Origin: Candidatus Latescibacterota bacterium
GTDB taxonomy: Bacteria > Latescibacterota > UBA2968 > UBA8231
Length of the DNA stretch: 64,000 nt
NCBI GenBank assembly: GCA_965200315.1
Contig: OZ241362.1
Coordinates: 1,632,001-1,696,000 of the forward strand
Reading direction: 5' to 3'
Below, piece by piece: positions 54,901 through 64,000 of the stretch (its first letter is position 1; each line of letters opens with the position of its first letter). The notes beneath the pieces were generated by a model. The model saw nothing but the letters and a program-made list of their open reading frames with translations. It was not told where the DNA came from and did not search any database. Both the position numbers and the translations under genes were made by a program.

Positions 54901-55685
54901 GGCGTGCCTTCCTTTATCAGTTCTGAAACTGGCTGCGACCTTTCCCAGCGCAGCGCGACCTCTTGGTCCATGCCGCAGAGCCAGTTCCAAGTGCGGATGC
55001 GCCGCACCCGGTCTCGGTAGGATTCGACTTCGGTTACGTAGGGCAGACGCGGGCGGTCGCGATAGGCGGGAATTTCCGCCGCATCGCAGAGCCAGTCCCG
55101 CTGCGATGCGGCCGTGCGGTGGTAGGAAAACTTGATCATGCTGCGGGCGCGGTCGTTGGTTTTGGGGCCGGCCTTGTGCCAGATGCCATAGCGAGTCAGC
55201 ACCACGGTGCCGGCCGGCACGGTCAGCGAAACTTGGCCGCAGATATCGCCGTAGTGGGCGATGGCTTCGCGATCGACGGCGCGGCAATGCGAACCGGGTA
55301 GAACCATGGTCGGCCCGTCGGCGAGCCCGACGCGGTGCGGGTAGTAGTAGCACTGGAGCTCGACGACATCGTAGCCGCTGCCCGAAAGCCCGTCCGAATG
55401 CCAAGTCTGGCCGAGGTGCGGCTCCTTAAAAAAGTGGTGGTGGCCGCCTCGGGGCACCAAGAAGTCCTCGCCCAAAAGCGAACGCGCGACCCCGGCGACT
55501 TGGGGATGCAGGAGCACCTGCTGGGTGAAGTCGTCCGAGGCGATAAAGGCGTCGCAATTGCCGGGGGCGAGATCGTCGCAGCAGCGATTGAAGCACTCGT
55601 CGATGACGCTTTCGCAGACGACCAAGCCGGAGGCGACAAAGTCCATGACGCCGTCGTCGTCTAGCGTCGGTCTAATTGGGGACAT
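54897..55685 (-). CDS. PhyH family dioxygenase
   Basis: WHSDG, DGPTMVLPGSH, VPAGTVVL..YGIWHKA and R.MIKF motifs; GGAGG RBS. Confidence 0.85.
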   Translation of the reverse strand: MSPIRPTLDDDGVMDFVASGLVVCESVIDECFNRCCDDLAPGNCDAFIASDDFTQQVLLHPQVAGVARSLLGEDFLVPRGGHHHFFKEPHLGQTWHSDGLSGSGYDVVELQCYYYPHRVGLADGPTMVLPGSHCRAVDREAIAHYGDICGQVSLTVPAGTVVLTRYGIWHKAGPKTNDRARSMIKFSYHRTAASQRDWLCDAAEIPAYRDRPRLPYVTEVESYRDRVRRIRTWNWLCGMDQEVALRWERSQPVSELIKEGTP

Positions 55686-55694
55686 CCGTTCCTC

Positions 55695-56054
55695 CTAAAC
55701 GAATTTTTCGAGCACGAACTCATAGCCGAGGTAGTCGTTGTCCTCGCCTTCGTACGCGTAGAGCTTGGCGATGGGAAATTGCACCACGCGCCAGCCATCG
55801 GCCACAGCCGCGAGCACCGACTCATAGGGCGGTTCGGTGCTGGGCAGGGTCGGCATTTGCGGCTGGGTGGCGTCGTACAAGGCCCAGCTAGCCAGCGGCG
55901 AGCGCATATTGGTCGATTTGGCGTAGAGATAGAGAATCTGCTGGCGGGGTTCGACGAGCAATTCACCGAGGCGGTCGAGATCCGCAGCGGTAATCGCCGC
56001 GGTGCGGAGCTTGTCTCGGCACTGTGTCAACCAGTCTTTTACAGCTTCGTGCAT
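55695..56054 (-). CDS. Hypothetical protein
   Basis: AGGAG RBS before MHEAVK; RQQILYLY, PPYESVLAAVADGWRVVQFP, YEFVLEK; sits within the operon. Confidence 0.75.
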   Translation of the reverse strand: MHEAVKDWLTQCRDKLRTAAITAADLDRLGELLVEPRQQILYLYAKSTNMRSPLASWALYDATQPQMPTLPSTEPPYESVLAAVADGWRVVQFPIAKLYAYEGEDNDYLGYEFVLEKFV

Positions 56055-56115
56055 GTAGGCTCCTGATGGCGTCGGCGACATAAAAAAGCACCCCCTTTTA
56101 GCGGGGTCAACAATG

Positions 56116-57138
56116 CTAGTAATCAACCACCACCTTGATGGTTTGGGGCTGGAGCGCGGCGTCGAAACCGGCGACCAAAGCGGGAAAGGCAACGCACTGC
56201 GAGATGAGGGGGGCCACGTCGAGTTGCCGCCGCGCCAACAGGTCGAGGGCCTGGGGAAATACATGGGCAAAGCGGAAGGAGCCGCGGACGGTCAATTCCT
56301 TTTGCATGACCAAGTTGACCGGCAGTTCAATCGGGCCGCCCTGGACGCCCAACTGCACGATGGTGCCACCGGCCTTGCAGTGCGCGTACGCGGTTTGTAG
56401 GGCGGCTGGCACCCCAGAGGCTTCCACGACGACGTCGAATCCCGCGCCCGCTGCTCTGGCAATTGCGGTCGGATCGTCGGCGCACACGGGCTGATCGGCC
56501 CACAGCGACGCTGCCAAGTCGAGCGCACTTTGGCGAATATCGCTGACGGCGAGATGGGCCGCTCCGTAGTGCCGAGCGACCAAGCCGATGAGCTGGCCGA
56601 TGGGACCGGCACCCGTCACCAGTACGCGCTTGCCAGCGATGCCTCCTGCTTGGTCGACGCCGTGGACGGCGATGGACAGCGGTTCAAGCAGGGCCGCTTG
56701 GCGATAATCCATCGCCGCGGGAAGCGGATGGCAGTTGTGAACATGGACTGGCACGTATTCGCGGAACGAGCCGTCTTGGGGCGGGCTACAGGCCGCAGAG
56801 CCAAAGTAGCGCATCTGCGGGCAGAGGTTGTAGCGACCTTGGCGGCAGTGGGCGCACGTGCGGCAGGGGTGGGACGGGTCAATGGCCACTCGGCTGCCCA
56901 TCGGCAGCACATCCGCGAACGCGCCCGCATCGACGACTTCCCCGGCCGCCTCGTGCCCGAGGACAAACGGGCGCTCCGGGACGAAATCGCCGTTCCTGCC
57001 GTGTACATAGTAGTGCAGGTCTGAACCGCAGATGCCGGTGGCGCGGATTTGCACCAAGACCTCGTCCGCGGCGCGCTGCGGTCGGGCGACTTCCGCGGCC
57101 CGCAGGTCGCGGGCACCGTATAGATAAAAGGCTCGCAT
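56116..57138 (-). CDS. Zn-dependent dehydrogenase, L-idonate 5-dehydrogenase/sorbitol dehydrogenase-like
   Basis: GICGSDLHYY, LGHE, C..C..C.......C, YFGSAA, GAGPIG and GSFRF motifs. Confidence 0.88.
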   Translation of the reverse strand: MRAFYLYGARDLRAAEVARPQRAADEVLVQIRATGICGSDLHYYVHGRNGDFVPERPFVLGHEAAGEVVDAGAFADVLPMGSRVAIDPSHPCRTCAHCRQGRYNLCPQMRYFGSAACSPPQDGSFREYVPVHVHNCHPLPAAMDYRQAALLEPLSIAVHGVDQAGGIAGKRVLVTGAGPIGQLIGLVARHYGAAHLAVSDIRQSALDLAASLWADQPVCADDPTAIARAAGAGFDVVVEASGVPAALQTAYAHCKAGGTIVQLGVQGGPIELPVNLVMQKELTVRGSFRFAHVFPQALDLLARRQLDVAPLISQCVAFPALVAGFDAALQPQTIKVVVDY

Positions 57139-57261
57139 GCAGCCGATAGTAGCGGCCAAAGTACGGCGCGTCAAGGGAAGGGCTGGCCACGGCGAGATTT
57201 GCCTGCCGCAGGCGTTGTACGTACTGTGCAGACACCATTGTCGTTAGAAAGGGAACCTACC

Positions 57262-58233
57262 ATGAAGCTCGGCCTCAAGTTCGGCCTCGACACACTCAGC
57301 AAAGAAAACCTGCAATTCGCCCAGCAGATGGGCGTCACACACATCGTCGTCCACAGCCCCCGCCTCGGCGACGAAGGTGTGCTCGATTACTTCGAGCTGC
57401 TGCGGATGAAAAAATTCATCGACTCGTTCGGCTTGGAGCTGTGCGCCATCGAGAACTTGCCCGGCGATCACATGCACCCCATCACCCATGCGACTTTAGG
57501 GCGCGACGCCCAGTTGGCGAAAGTCTGCACGTCCATTGAAAACATGGGAAAAATCGGCATTCCGATCCTCGGCTACTACTTCAGTTTGGCCGGCGTCTCC
57601 GGCCACTGGCGCGCGTACAACAGCGGCGGCGGACGCGGTGGGGCCGGCCTGAAAAGCTTTGATTACAGCTTAGTCAAGGACGCGCCGCCGATCGTCGATC
57701 AGCCGGTCTCAGTCGCCGAGATGTGGGAGCGGCTGGCCTATTTTCTCGAACGGGTGGTGCCCGTCGCCGAAAACGCTGGCGTCAAACTCGCCGCCCACCA
57801 AGACGACCCCCCAGCCGAAACCCTCTTCGGCACGGGCCGGCTCCTGACCAATCACGACGCCATGCAGCGGTTAATAGACCTCGTGCCCAGTCCGAGCAAT
57901 GGATTGGAGTTTTGCCAAGGAACGGTGGCCGAGATGGGGCCGGACGAGACGATCTCAGCCGTGCGCCGCTTCGTCGCCCAAGGCAAGATATTCTACGTGC
58001 ATTTCCGCAATGTGCGCGGCGGCTTCCCCAAGTTCGACGAGGTCTTTATCGACGAGGGCGACGTCAACATGATCGCCGCGCTCAAAGCCTATCGCGACGC
58101 TGGCTACGACGGGGTTATCACGCCCGACCACACGCCTCGCGTAATCGGCGACGAACCGTACGGACACCGGGGCCGAGCTTTCGCCTTAGGGTACATTCGC
58201 GCTGGAATGCAGGCACTGGAATTGCTGGATTAG
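57262..58233 (+). CDS. uxuA: Mannonate dehydratase (UxuA) family
   Basis: QMGVTHIV, FLERVVPVAENAGVKLAAHQDDPP, NGLEFCQG, VHFRNV, FIDEGDVNM and PDHTP motifs. Confidence 0.88.
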   Translation: MKLGLKFGLDTLSKENLQFAQQMGVTHIVVHSPRLGDEGVLDYFELLRMKKFIDSFGLELCAIENLPGDHMHPITHATLGRDAQLAKVCTSIENMGKIGIPILGYYFSLAGVSGHWRAYNSGGGRGGAGLKSFDYSLVKDAPPIVDQPVSVAEMWERLAYFLERVVPVAENAGVKLAAHQDDPPAETLFGTGRLLTNHDAMQRLIDLVPSPSNGLEFCQGTVAEMGPDETISAVRRFVAQGKIFYVHFRNVRGGFPKFDEVFIDEGDVNMIAALKAYRDAGYDGVITPDHTPRVIGDEPYGHRGRAFALGYIRAGMQALELLD

Positions 58234-58253
58234 TAGGAAGGATTAAAGGGATG

Positions 58254-58341
58254 TGGTGCCGAGGGCCGGACTCGAACCGGCACGTCCTAAGCGGACAGTG
58301 GATTTTAAGTCCACCGCGTCTACCAATTCCGCCACCCCGGC
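58254..58341 (-). tRNA. tRNA-Leu(TAA)
   Basis: GCCGGGGTGGCGGAATTGGTAGACGCGGTGGACTTAAAATCCAC, long variable arm, ends CTCGGCACCA. Confidence 0.97.
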
Positions 58342-58356
58342 GCACGAGCAAAAAAA

Positions 58357-58430
58357 TGGAGGCGACGCCCGGAATCGAACCGGGGATAAGGGCTTTGCAG
58401 GCCCCTGCCTTACCACTTGGCCACGTCGCC
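58357..58430 (-). tRNA. tRNA-Cys(GCA)
   Basis: GGCGACGTGGCCAAGTGGTAAGGCAGGGGCCTGCAAAGCCCT...CGTCGCCTCCA. Confidence 0.97.
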
Positions 58431-58445
58431 TCAAACAGGGATTTG

Positions 58446-58474
58446 AAGATACGCGGCGGGCATGTTTCTGTCAA
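58446..58474 (-). promoter_or_regulatory. Putative sigma70 promoter for tRNA-Cys/Leu
   Basis: TTGACA-N17-TATCTT on the minus strand. Confidence 0.65.
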
Positions 58475-58555
58475 CCTACCTGCCGCCTGATTGCGCCGCC
58501 AAGAACGAGTTAGAATTGTGCTAACTCCTCGCCTACTGCAACCGCCCAAATGCCT

Positions 58556-58583
58556 TTGACACGAAGCAAAAAACGTATAGAAT
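58556..58583 (+). promoter_or_regulatory. Putative sigma70 promoter for thyA
   Basis: TTGACA-N16-TAGAAT. Confidence 0.55.
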
Positions 58584-58640
58584 AATAGAGCATCGCTACA
58601 AGTACATTGTTGCAGTCGGCTACGCTTACGACCTTTTACC

Positions 58641-59432
58641 ATGCGATTATACCTCGACCTAGTAAGCCATTGTCTCGACCACGGCGAGGCCAAAGCCGAC
58701 CGCACGGGCGTCGGCACCCTCGCCATCTTCGGCTATCAGATGCGCTTTGATCTGGCGGCCGGGTTCCCCTGCCTGACCACCAAGAAGCTGCATTTGCGCT
58801 CTATTATCCACGAACTCTTGTGGTTCCTCAAAGGCGACACCAACACGGCCTATTTGCAAAAAGAAAACGTCCGCATCTGGGACGAATGGGCCGATGAAAA
58901 CGGCGACCTCGGCCCCATCTACGGCAAGCAGTGGCGCGAGTGTTCCACCCCAGACGGCCCCATCGACCAAATTCAACGCGCCGTTGAGCTGATTAAGACC
59001 GATCCCGATTCGCGCCGCATCCTCGTCAGCGCGTGGAACGTCGGCGAGTTGGAGCAAATGGCCCTCATGCCCTGCCACTGCCTGTTCCAGTTTTTCGTCG
59101 CACGCGGTCGGCTTTCCTGCCAGCTCTATCAACGCTCTTGTGACGTGGGGCTTGGCGTGCCGTTCAACATCGCCAGCTACAGCCTGCTGACCATGATGAT
59201 GGCCCAAGTCTGCGGCTTGCAGCCCGGGGAATTCGTCTGGACTGGCGGCGATGTCCACATCTATCAGAACCACATCGCCGCGCTGCGCCAACAACTCTGC
59301 CGCACTCCCCGGCCGCAGCCGGTGATGACCATTAAAAATCGCGGCCAGTCAATTTCCGACTTCCGCTACGACGACTTCAAACTGCTCAACTACCACCCTC
59401 ATCCTTCCATCCCCATGGAGATCGCCGTCTGA
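58641..59432 (+). CDS. thyA: Thymidylate synthase
   Basis: [32 protein letters not shown] and [17 protein letters not shown] motifs. Confidence 0.98.
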   Translation: MRLYLDLVSHCLDHGEAKADRTGVGTLAIFGYQMRFDLAAGFPCLTTKKLHLRSIIHELLWFLKGDTNTAYLQKENVRIWDEWADENGDLGPIYGKQWRECSTPDGPIDQIQRAVELIKTDPDSRRILVSAWNVGELEQMALMPCHCLFQFFVARGRLSCQLYQRSCDVGLGVPFNIASYSLLTMMMAQVCGLQPGEFVWTGGDVHIYQNHIAALRQQLCRTPRPQPVMTIKNRGQSISDFRYDDFKLLNYHPHPSIPMEIAV

Positions 59433-59445
59433 CGGCTCTATTTGT

Positions 59446-59802
59446 TCAGTCTTGGTTTAGGATCTTCACCTGCGGATGTGCAGCATCTATAGTCCAAGCC
59501 CCAAGCTGACCGTCCCCGTCCAAGTCGGCCCGCACCACCAACCAGAATCCCGTGTTCATAGGCCAGAACTCCCAAGTATAGCCCTCTATCTGCCACCAAG
59601 CGCGCCGGATTCTCTCGTCATTCGGATCGAAGTAGCGGCCGTGCTTAGCAAAATGGGCCTTTTCGAGCAAGTAGAGCTGCTCCAACCGCGCCTCCAATTG
59701 GATCAAGGCCCGCTCATGCGGAGTCAGGCGAGAAAAATGCACAATGCCCAGTCCTATGAGCAGCAACGCCAAGAGCGTCAACTCGACCAGTCTCAGCGGC
59801 AT
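59446..59802 (-). CDS. Type IV pilin-like protein with degenerate N-terminus
   Basis: LVEL plus hydrophobic helix, L..LY..EK.HF..HGRY, ADLDGDG...WTID. Confidence 0.55.
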   Translation of the reverse strand: MPLRLVELTLLALLLIGLGIVHFSRLTPHERALIQLEARLEQLYLLEKAHFAKHGRYFDPNDERIRRAWWQIEGYTWEFWPMNTGFWLVVRADLDGDGQLGAWTIDAAHPQVKILNQD

Positions 59803-61355
59803 GGGATCTCCACTCCCTCGACGACTTGGTCCGCGTCTAAGTCAACCGGCTCGCCATAGCGTCCATAAGGCTCGGCATAGCGAAAGGGGCTGAGCGAGCC
59901 GTCGCTATACTCACCGTCGCCATCGCGATCTACAAACGCCCACAACGCGTAGGTCCCGGCCAGCAGGCCGTTCAGCGCAAACAGCCCATCCTCGTCGGTC
60001 CATTCGGCGTACGTCCGCCCGTCCTCGTTGATGGCCGCGATTCGGACGCGACCTTCTTCCCCGGTCTGTACCTGCCCTCGAATCGCCGCGGTCTCCGCGC
60101 CGACGGTAAACGAAAGCGCGAGCAAGCTGTCGGCGAGTCCATTACCCGCTCGGTCCAAGAACCGAGCAGCCGGCCCCGCGAGCCGATACGCACCCGGTGC
60201 CAGCGGTTCGATGGGCGCAAAGCGGGCGCGGTTGGGGGCTGGCCACAGCCAGTTTCCCGCTAATGCTTGCGTCGAATCGCTCTCCGTCCAAAATCCTCCC
60301 AACGCAACCGGCTGCATGGCCTCGGAAAAAAGCAAGTCCAAAGCATCGCTTGGGGCCAATCGGTCCCGCGCCAACCCGACGAAAGAAGGCGGCTTGCGGT
60401 CGGGTCGCCCACTGCCGCGAACGGGCGCATCCCACTGCACGGGCGCTCCGGCGAACGCAAGCTGTACAGCATAGCGTCGGTCTGGCTCTTGCGCTGCCGT
60501 CTCGACGTAGATTTTCTCCTCTGCATCCGGGGCCGCATACAGCGACTCCACCGCCAGCCCGGCGACTTCTATCTCTAAACTTTGCAGATCCACGGCCTCG
60601 GTAAACAGCAACATCAGCCGCTCGGCGTGTATGGCTTGGACCCGCTTGAGCTCGGGCGCGGGCTTTTGCCGACGCACGAGGGCCAAATCGCCAGCTAGCA
60701 CTGCCTCCTCCCCCACTTCCACAGAGGACGACGACAGGGCCAACCACTCGTCGGCGTCGGGCAGGGCGTTGCGATTTGCGTCCCTAAAAGCCAGTACCCG
60801 ATAGTGGCCTAGAGCGAGGCGGGAAAACTCGTAGTCTCCGTCGGCACCGCTCTGCGTCTGATAGGACGGTTCGTCCAATCTTACCTCCCCGCTAAAGGTT
60901 CCCAAATCATAGGCCCAAACATGGGCACCGGCCACGGGTTGATGGTCTTGGTACACCCGGCCTCGCACCAAACTTTGGTCGAGCTGCGAGCCGGTGGCAA
61001 AAGCTAAAGTAAAGGATTTGGTCAAGGCATTGCCCCGCAGATCCCGCGCCCCGGTCCCCACCGTCAACACATAAGTTCGCTCCTCGGCCAAGGGCATAGC
61101 AATGCGCAGTCGCGGACCGTGCCACGACAGTTGCAGCGGCCCGACCGGCGAGGTAAAAAGAGCGGCTTCGGTCTGCTCGCGATTCATGGATTCGCTGAAG
61201 ACGATTTCTACTTCGGTATCCCGCGCCACTTCCAAAGCGTCGCTCTCCGGGTAGTGAGACAGAATGCGAGGCGGCTCTTTGTCCATCGGCCCTCCGGTGG
61301 GCGGCCCGACTTTGGCACAGCCCAACAACAGGGCGACCAAGACGCTAATCGGCAC
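59793..61355 (-). CDS. Ig-like (Big_5) domain lipoprotein
   Basis: Lipobox LLGCA..GPPTGGP.D..PP, IVFSESM, ARDLRGN..FATG, AFRDANRN and AFVDRDGDG. Confidence 0.8.
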   Translation of the reverse strand: MPISVLVALLLGCAKVGPPTGGPMDKEPPRILSHYPESDALEVARDTEVEIVFSESMNREQTEAALFTSPVGPLQLSWHGPRLRIAMPLAEERTYVLTVGTGARDLRGNALTKSFTLAFATGSQLDQSLVRGRVYQDHQPVAGAHVWAYDLGTFSGEVRLDEPSYQTQSGADGDYEFSRLALGHYRVLAFRDANRNALPDADEWLALSSSSVEVGEEAVLAGDLALVRRQKPAPELKRVQAIHAERLMLLFTEAVDLQSLEIEVAGLAVESLYAAPDAEEKIYVETAAQEPDRRYAVQLAFAGAPVQWDAPVRGSGRPDRKPPSFVGLARDRLAPSDALDLLFSEAMQPVALGGFWTESDSTQALAGNWLWPAPNRARFAPIEPLAPGAYRLAGPAARFLDRAGNGLADSLLALSFTVGAETAAIRGQVQTGEEGRVRIAAINEDGRTYAEWTDEDGLFALNGLLAGTYALWAFVDRDGDGEYSDGSLSPFRYAEPYGRYGEPVDLDADQVVEGVEIPCR

Positions 61356-62301
61356 CGTGCGGATGGGCCTCGGCGTAGATGGCTTGCAGGTGCTCCAAGC
61401 TCACTTCAGTATAGCTTTGTGTCGCGGCCAAAGTCGCGTGGCCAAGGAGTTCTTTGACGGCCACTAAATCGGCACCCGCGTCGAGGAGATGAGCGGCAAA
61501 GGAGTGGCGCAGACGATGCGGGCTGAGCGAATCGTCTGCCGACACGGTGCGCAAATGGCGCTCGACGATGCGCTGCACGGTGCGGCGACTCAAGCGCTTG
61601 CCGCGCCCGTTGAGGAAGAGGACACCGGCTTCTACTTGGGACATATCGCATTCGAGCAGGACCTCGGCGCGGCGGTGCAAGTACGCTTTGAGTGCCTCTT
61701 GCGCCTTTGCACCAATGGGGGCGATGCGCTCTTTGCGGCCCTTGCCCATCACCCTGATGGTGCCTTCGGCCAGATCCAGCGACGAGAGATTGAGCGCCAC
61801 CAACTCCCCGAGGCGAATGCCCCCTCCGTAGAACACCTCTAGAATGGCCCGATCCCGTACGCCGCTAAACCGCTCGGTCGCAGGGGCTTCCATGGCCTCA
61901 GCGACCTGCTCTACGGGCAGGTGCCGCGGCAATGCGCGCTCGACTAAGGGCGATGCCACCGCACCAGCCGGATTGGCGACGAGCGCGCCCGCACGACAGA
62001 GATAGCGGAAAAGCGAGCGCAGAGCCGCCAATTTGCGGGCGACTGTACTGGCCTTAAGGCCCTTTTCCTCTAGGTCGGCAACAAAGGCCTGCACCTGCTC
62101 GCGCTGCACTACCCGCAGCGGCAGTTGCAGATTATCGACTCGCGGGTAGAGAAAGCGAGCAAATTGCTGCAAGTCGCAGCGATATGAACTGAGGGTGTAC
62201 TCGGCGTAGTTGCGCTCTTTATCCAAGTATTCCAAGAAGCGGGAAATGCCCTCTTCAAGGCTGGATCCGGCGTGCAGAGCGCTTTGCGGTGCATCGGCCA
62301 T
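61345..62301 (-). CDS. xerC: Tyrosine recombinase XerC
   Basis: RKLAALRSLF, RDRAILEVFYGGGIR, GKGRKER, SPHRLRHSFA.HLL, ELLGH...TQSY; downstream of topA. Confidence 0.88.
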   Translation of the reverse strand: MADAPQSALHAGSSLEEGISRFLEYLDKERNYAEYTLSSYRCDLQQFARFLYPRVDNLQLPLRVVQREQVQAFVADLEEKGLKASTVARKLAALRSLFRYLCRAGALVANPAGAVASPLVERALPRHLPVEQVAEAMEAPATERFSGVRDRAILEVFYGGGIRLGELVALNLSSLDLAEGTIRVMGKGRKERIAPIGAKAQEALKAYLHRRAEVLLECDMSQVEAGVLFLNGRGKRLSRRTVQRIVERHLRTVSADDSLSPHRLRHSFAAHLLDAGADLVAVKELLGHATLAATQSYTEVSLEHLQAIYAEAHPHGAD

Positions 62302-62330
62302 GGCGTAGCGAGCCAAGGAGGAAAGGATAT

Positions 62331-64000
62331 TCAGGCAGCTTGGGCGCTTTTGTCTTTTTCGCCCTCTTCGCTTTCGTACTCAGTGCCGCAAACCCGGCAG
62401 TACTGGGTAGGGGTACCCGAGCGGCTCCCCTTTTCGTAGAGCAAGGCGGCGTCGCAATGGGTGCATTTGCGGTCTATGGGGCGGTCCCAACTGGCGAACT
62501 TGCACTCGGGATAGGTGCTGCAACCAAAGAAAACTTTGCCTTTGCGCGACCGCTTCTCCACGATCTGGCCCCCGCAGCCGTCCTCTGGACACTGGATCCC
62601 GAGGACATAGGGTTTGACGTTTTTGCAATCTGGATAGCTGCTACAAGCCAAAAAGCGACCATAGCGACCCATCTTGACGACCATCGGTGCGCTGCACTGA
62701 TCGCAGACTTCGTCGGTCTCCACCTCGCCCTGCTCTTCGAGGGGCTTGGTATTTTTGCACTTGGGATAACCAGAGCAAGCGAGGAACCGGCCATTGCGGC
62801 CCCACTTGACGACCATGTCGGCCCCGCACTCCTCGCAGTCCTCGTCCGACACCTCTTGCAACGCGCGCTTTAGCTCTTTGCGGCGGTTGTTGGCCGCGTC
62901 TAAGTCGCCTTTCCACGAGTCGTAGAACTGCTGCACGATCTTCACCCAGTTGGTGCCCCCGTCTTCGACCTGATCGAGCTTGTCCTCCATGTTGGCCGTG
63001 AAAGCCACGTTGAAGAGGTGCGGAAAGGTATCGACGAGTAGTTTGTTGACGGTCTGGCCGCGCTCAGTGGCCACAAAGTAGCGATTATCGACCTTTTCGG
63101 CGTACTCGCGATCGAGGATGGTAGTGATAATTTGCGCGTAGGTTGAGGGACGACCAATACCCTCGGATTCTAGCTCTTTGACGAGAGACGCCTCGGTAAA
63201 GCGCGGCGGCGGCTTGGTAAAGTGCTGCTCAGGAGCGATCTGCTCTAACTTTAGCACCTCACCCTCGGCAATATCGGAGGGCATGGCCCGCAACTTGCCC
63301 TCTTCGTTAGGCGCGGCCAATTCTTGGCTCTCTTCTTCCTTACTCTCGCTATAGAGCAAGGTAAAGCCCGAAAACTTGACGATGCTACCCGTGGCGCGAA
63401 GCAAATAAGGACCGGCCTCGACATTGGCCGTCGTGATGTTGAGAATCTGTGGCTTCATCTGCGAGGTCACGAATCGCTTCCAGATCAGGGAGTACACTCG
63501 TGCCTGATCTGGCGTGAGCAAGTGCTTAACTTTGTCTGGATGTAAGGCTACGGAGGTGGGGCGTATAGCCTCGTGGGCGTCCTGGGCGCTGTTTTTGGTC
63601 CGGTAGTGATTGGGCACTTCGGGTACGTACTCGCGGCCGTAGCGGGTGCCGATCTGCTCGCGCACCTCGGCAATGGCGTCGGCTGCAACGCGCACCGAAT
63701 CCGTGCGCATATAGGTGATCAGACCACGGGTTTCGCCCTCGACCTCAATGCCTTCGTATAGCTGCTGAGCTACGGCCATGGTGCGCTTGACCGAAAAGCG
63801 CATCCGCCGAGCGCATTCTTGCTGCAAGGTGCTAGTCGTGAAGGGCGGGGCCGGGCGACGCATTTGGTCGCGCTTTTTGACCTCTTTGACTGCTATATCC
63901 TGAGTGGCCAACTCGGCGGCGATGCGATCGGCCTCTTCCTGATTGCCGATGTCGAGCTTCTCGCCGTCTTTGGCCAACAGGCGCGCCCAGAACGAACCTC
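62331..64000 (-). CDS. topA: DNA topoisomerase I (5' end outside the window)
   Basis: PPFTTSTLQ, AQQLYEG, LITYMRTDS, AQDAHEAIRPT, GIGRPSTYA and C-terminal zinc-ribbon repeats. Confidence 0.97.
   Translation of the reverse strand, partial: GSFWARLLAKDGEKLDIGNQEEADRIAAELATQDIAVKEVKKRDQMRRPAPPFTTSTLQQECARRMRFSVKRTMAVAQQLYEGIEVEGETRGLITYMRTDSVRVAADAIAEVREQIGTRYGREYVPEVPNHYRTKNSAQDAHEAIRPTSVALHPDKVKHLLTPDQARVYSLIWKRFVTSQMKPQILNITTANVEAGPYLLRATGSIVKFSGFTLLYSESKEEESQELAAPNEEGKLRAMPSDIAEGEVLKLEQIAPEQHFTKPPPRFTEASLVKELESEGIGRPSTYAQIITTILDREYAEKVDNRYFVATERGQTVNKLLVDTFPHLFNVAFTANMEDKLDQVEDGGTNWVKIVQQFYDSWKGDLDAANNRRKELKRALQEVSDEDCEECGADMVVKWGRNGRFLACSGYPKCKNTKPLEEQGEVETDEVCDQCSAPMVVKMGRYGRFLACSSYPDCKNVKPYVLGIQCPEDGCGGQIVEKRSRKGKVFFGCSTYPECKFASWDRPIDRKCTHCDAALLYEKGSRSGTPTQYCRVCGTEYESEEGEKDKSAQAA

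Noticed and set aside
54901-55404. Long N-terminal extension on the UxuA-like ORF
   Set aside because: It overlaps the PhyH gene out of frame; the ATG at 54900 has an RBS.
58507-58527. Palindrome GAGTTAG-N7-CTAACTC upstream of thyA as a CIRCE or NrdR box
   Set aside because: It matches neither consensus, and a single short palindrome is insufficient evidence.
61345-62301. Tyrosine recombinase as a phage or island integrase
   Set aside because: Its size, motifs and position after topA fit housekeeping XerC.

Overview
This is a GC-rich bacterial chromosomal segment. The expanded Gfo/Idh/MocA, PhyH and UxuA families, FlgD-Ig-type C-terminal domains and 'SWGxIK' protein tails suggest an FCB-superphylum organism such as Latescibacterota, Gemmatimonadota or Poribacteria (inference). 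Housekeeping blocks (htpG-proA-ferredoxin-kinase; thrC-nadD-bamD-cpoB-hldC; thyA; xerC-topA; five tRNAs) alternate with accessory regions. The main candidate novel system is a ~24 kb cell-envelope locus (25.7-49.4 kb). It encodes a PPIase lipoprotein, two paralogous ~900-aa secreted probable outer-membrane proteins, three paralogous secreted proteins with a shared core and FlgD-Ig/type-B-CTD-like tail, a WGxIK-tailed secreted protein, two GT-C/TPR glycosyltransferases and two convergent DUF6785-like membrane proteins. Two paralogous unknown cytoplasmic enzymes bracket the locus, and sugar-acid catabolic genes follow it. Also seen: several MITEs with terminal inverted repeats and target duplications (one splits an HNH nuclease pseudogene), an Rpn nuclease with an in-frame internal RBS and ATG, tRNA-His 3'-end repeats, and a dipeptidase homolog missing metal ligands. 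All family calls come from motif recognition by eye; no database searches were run.
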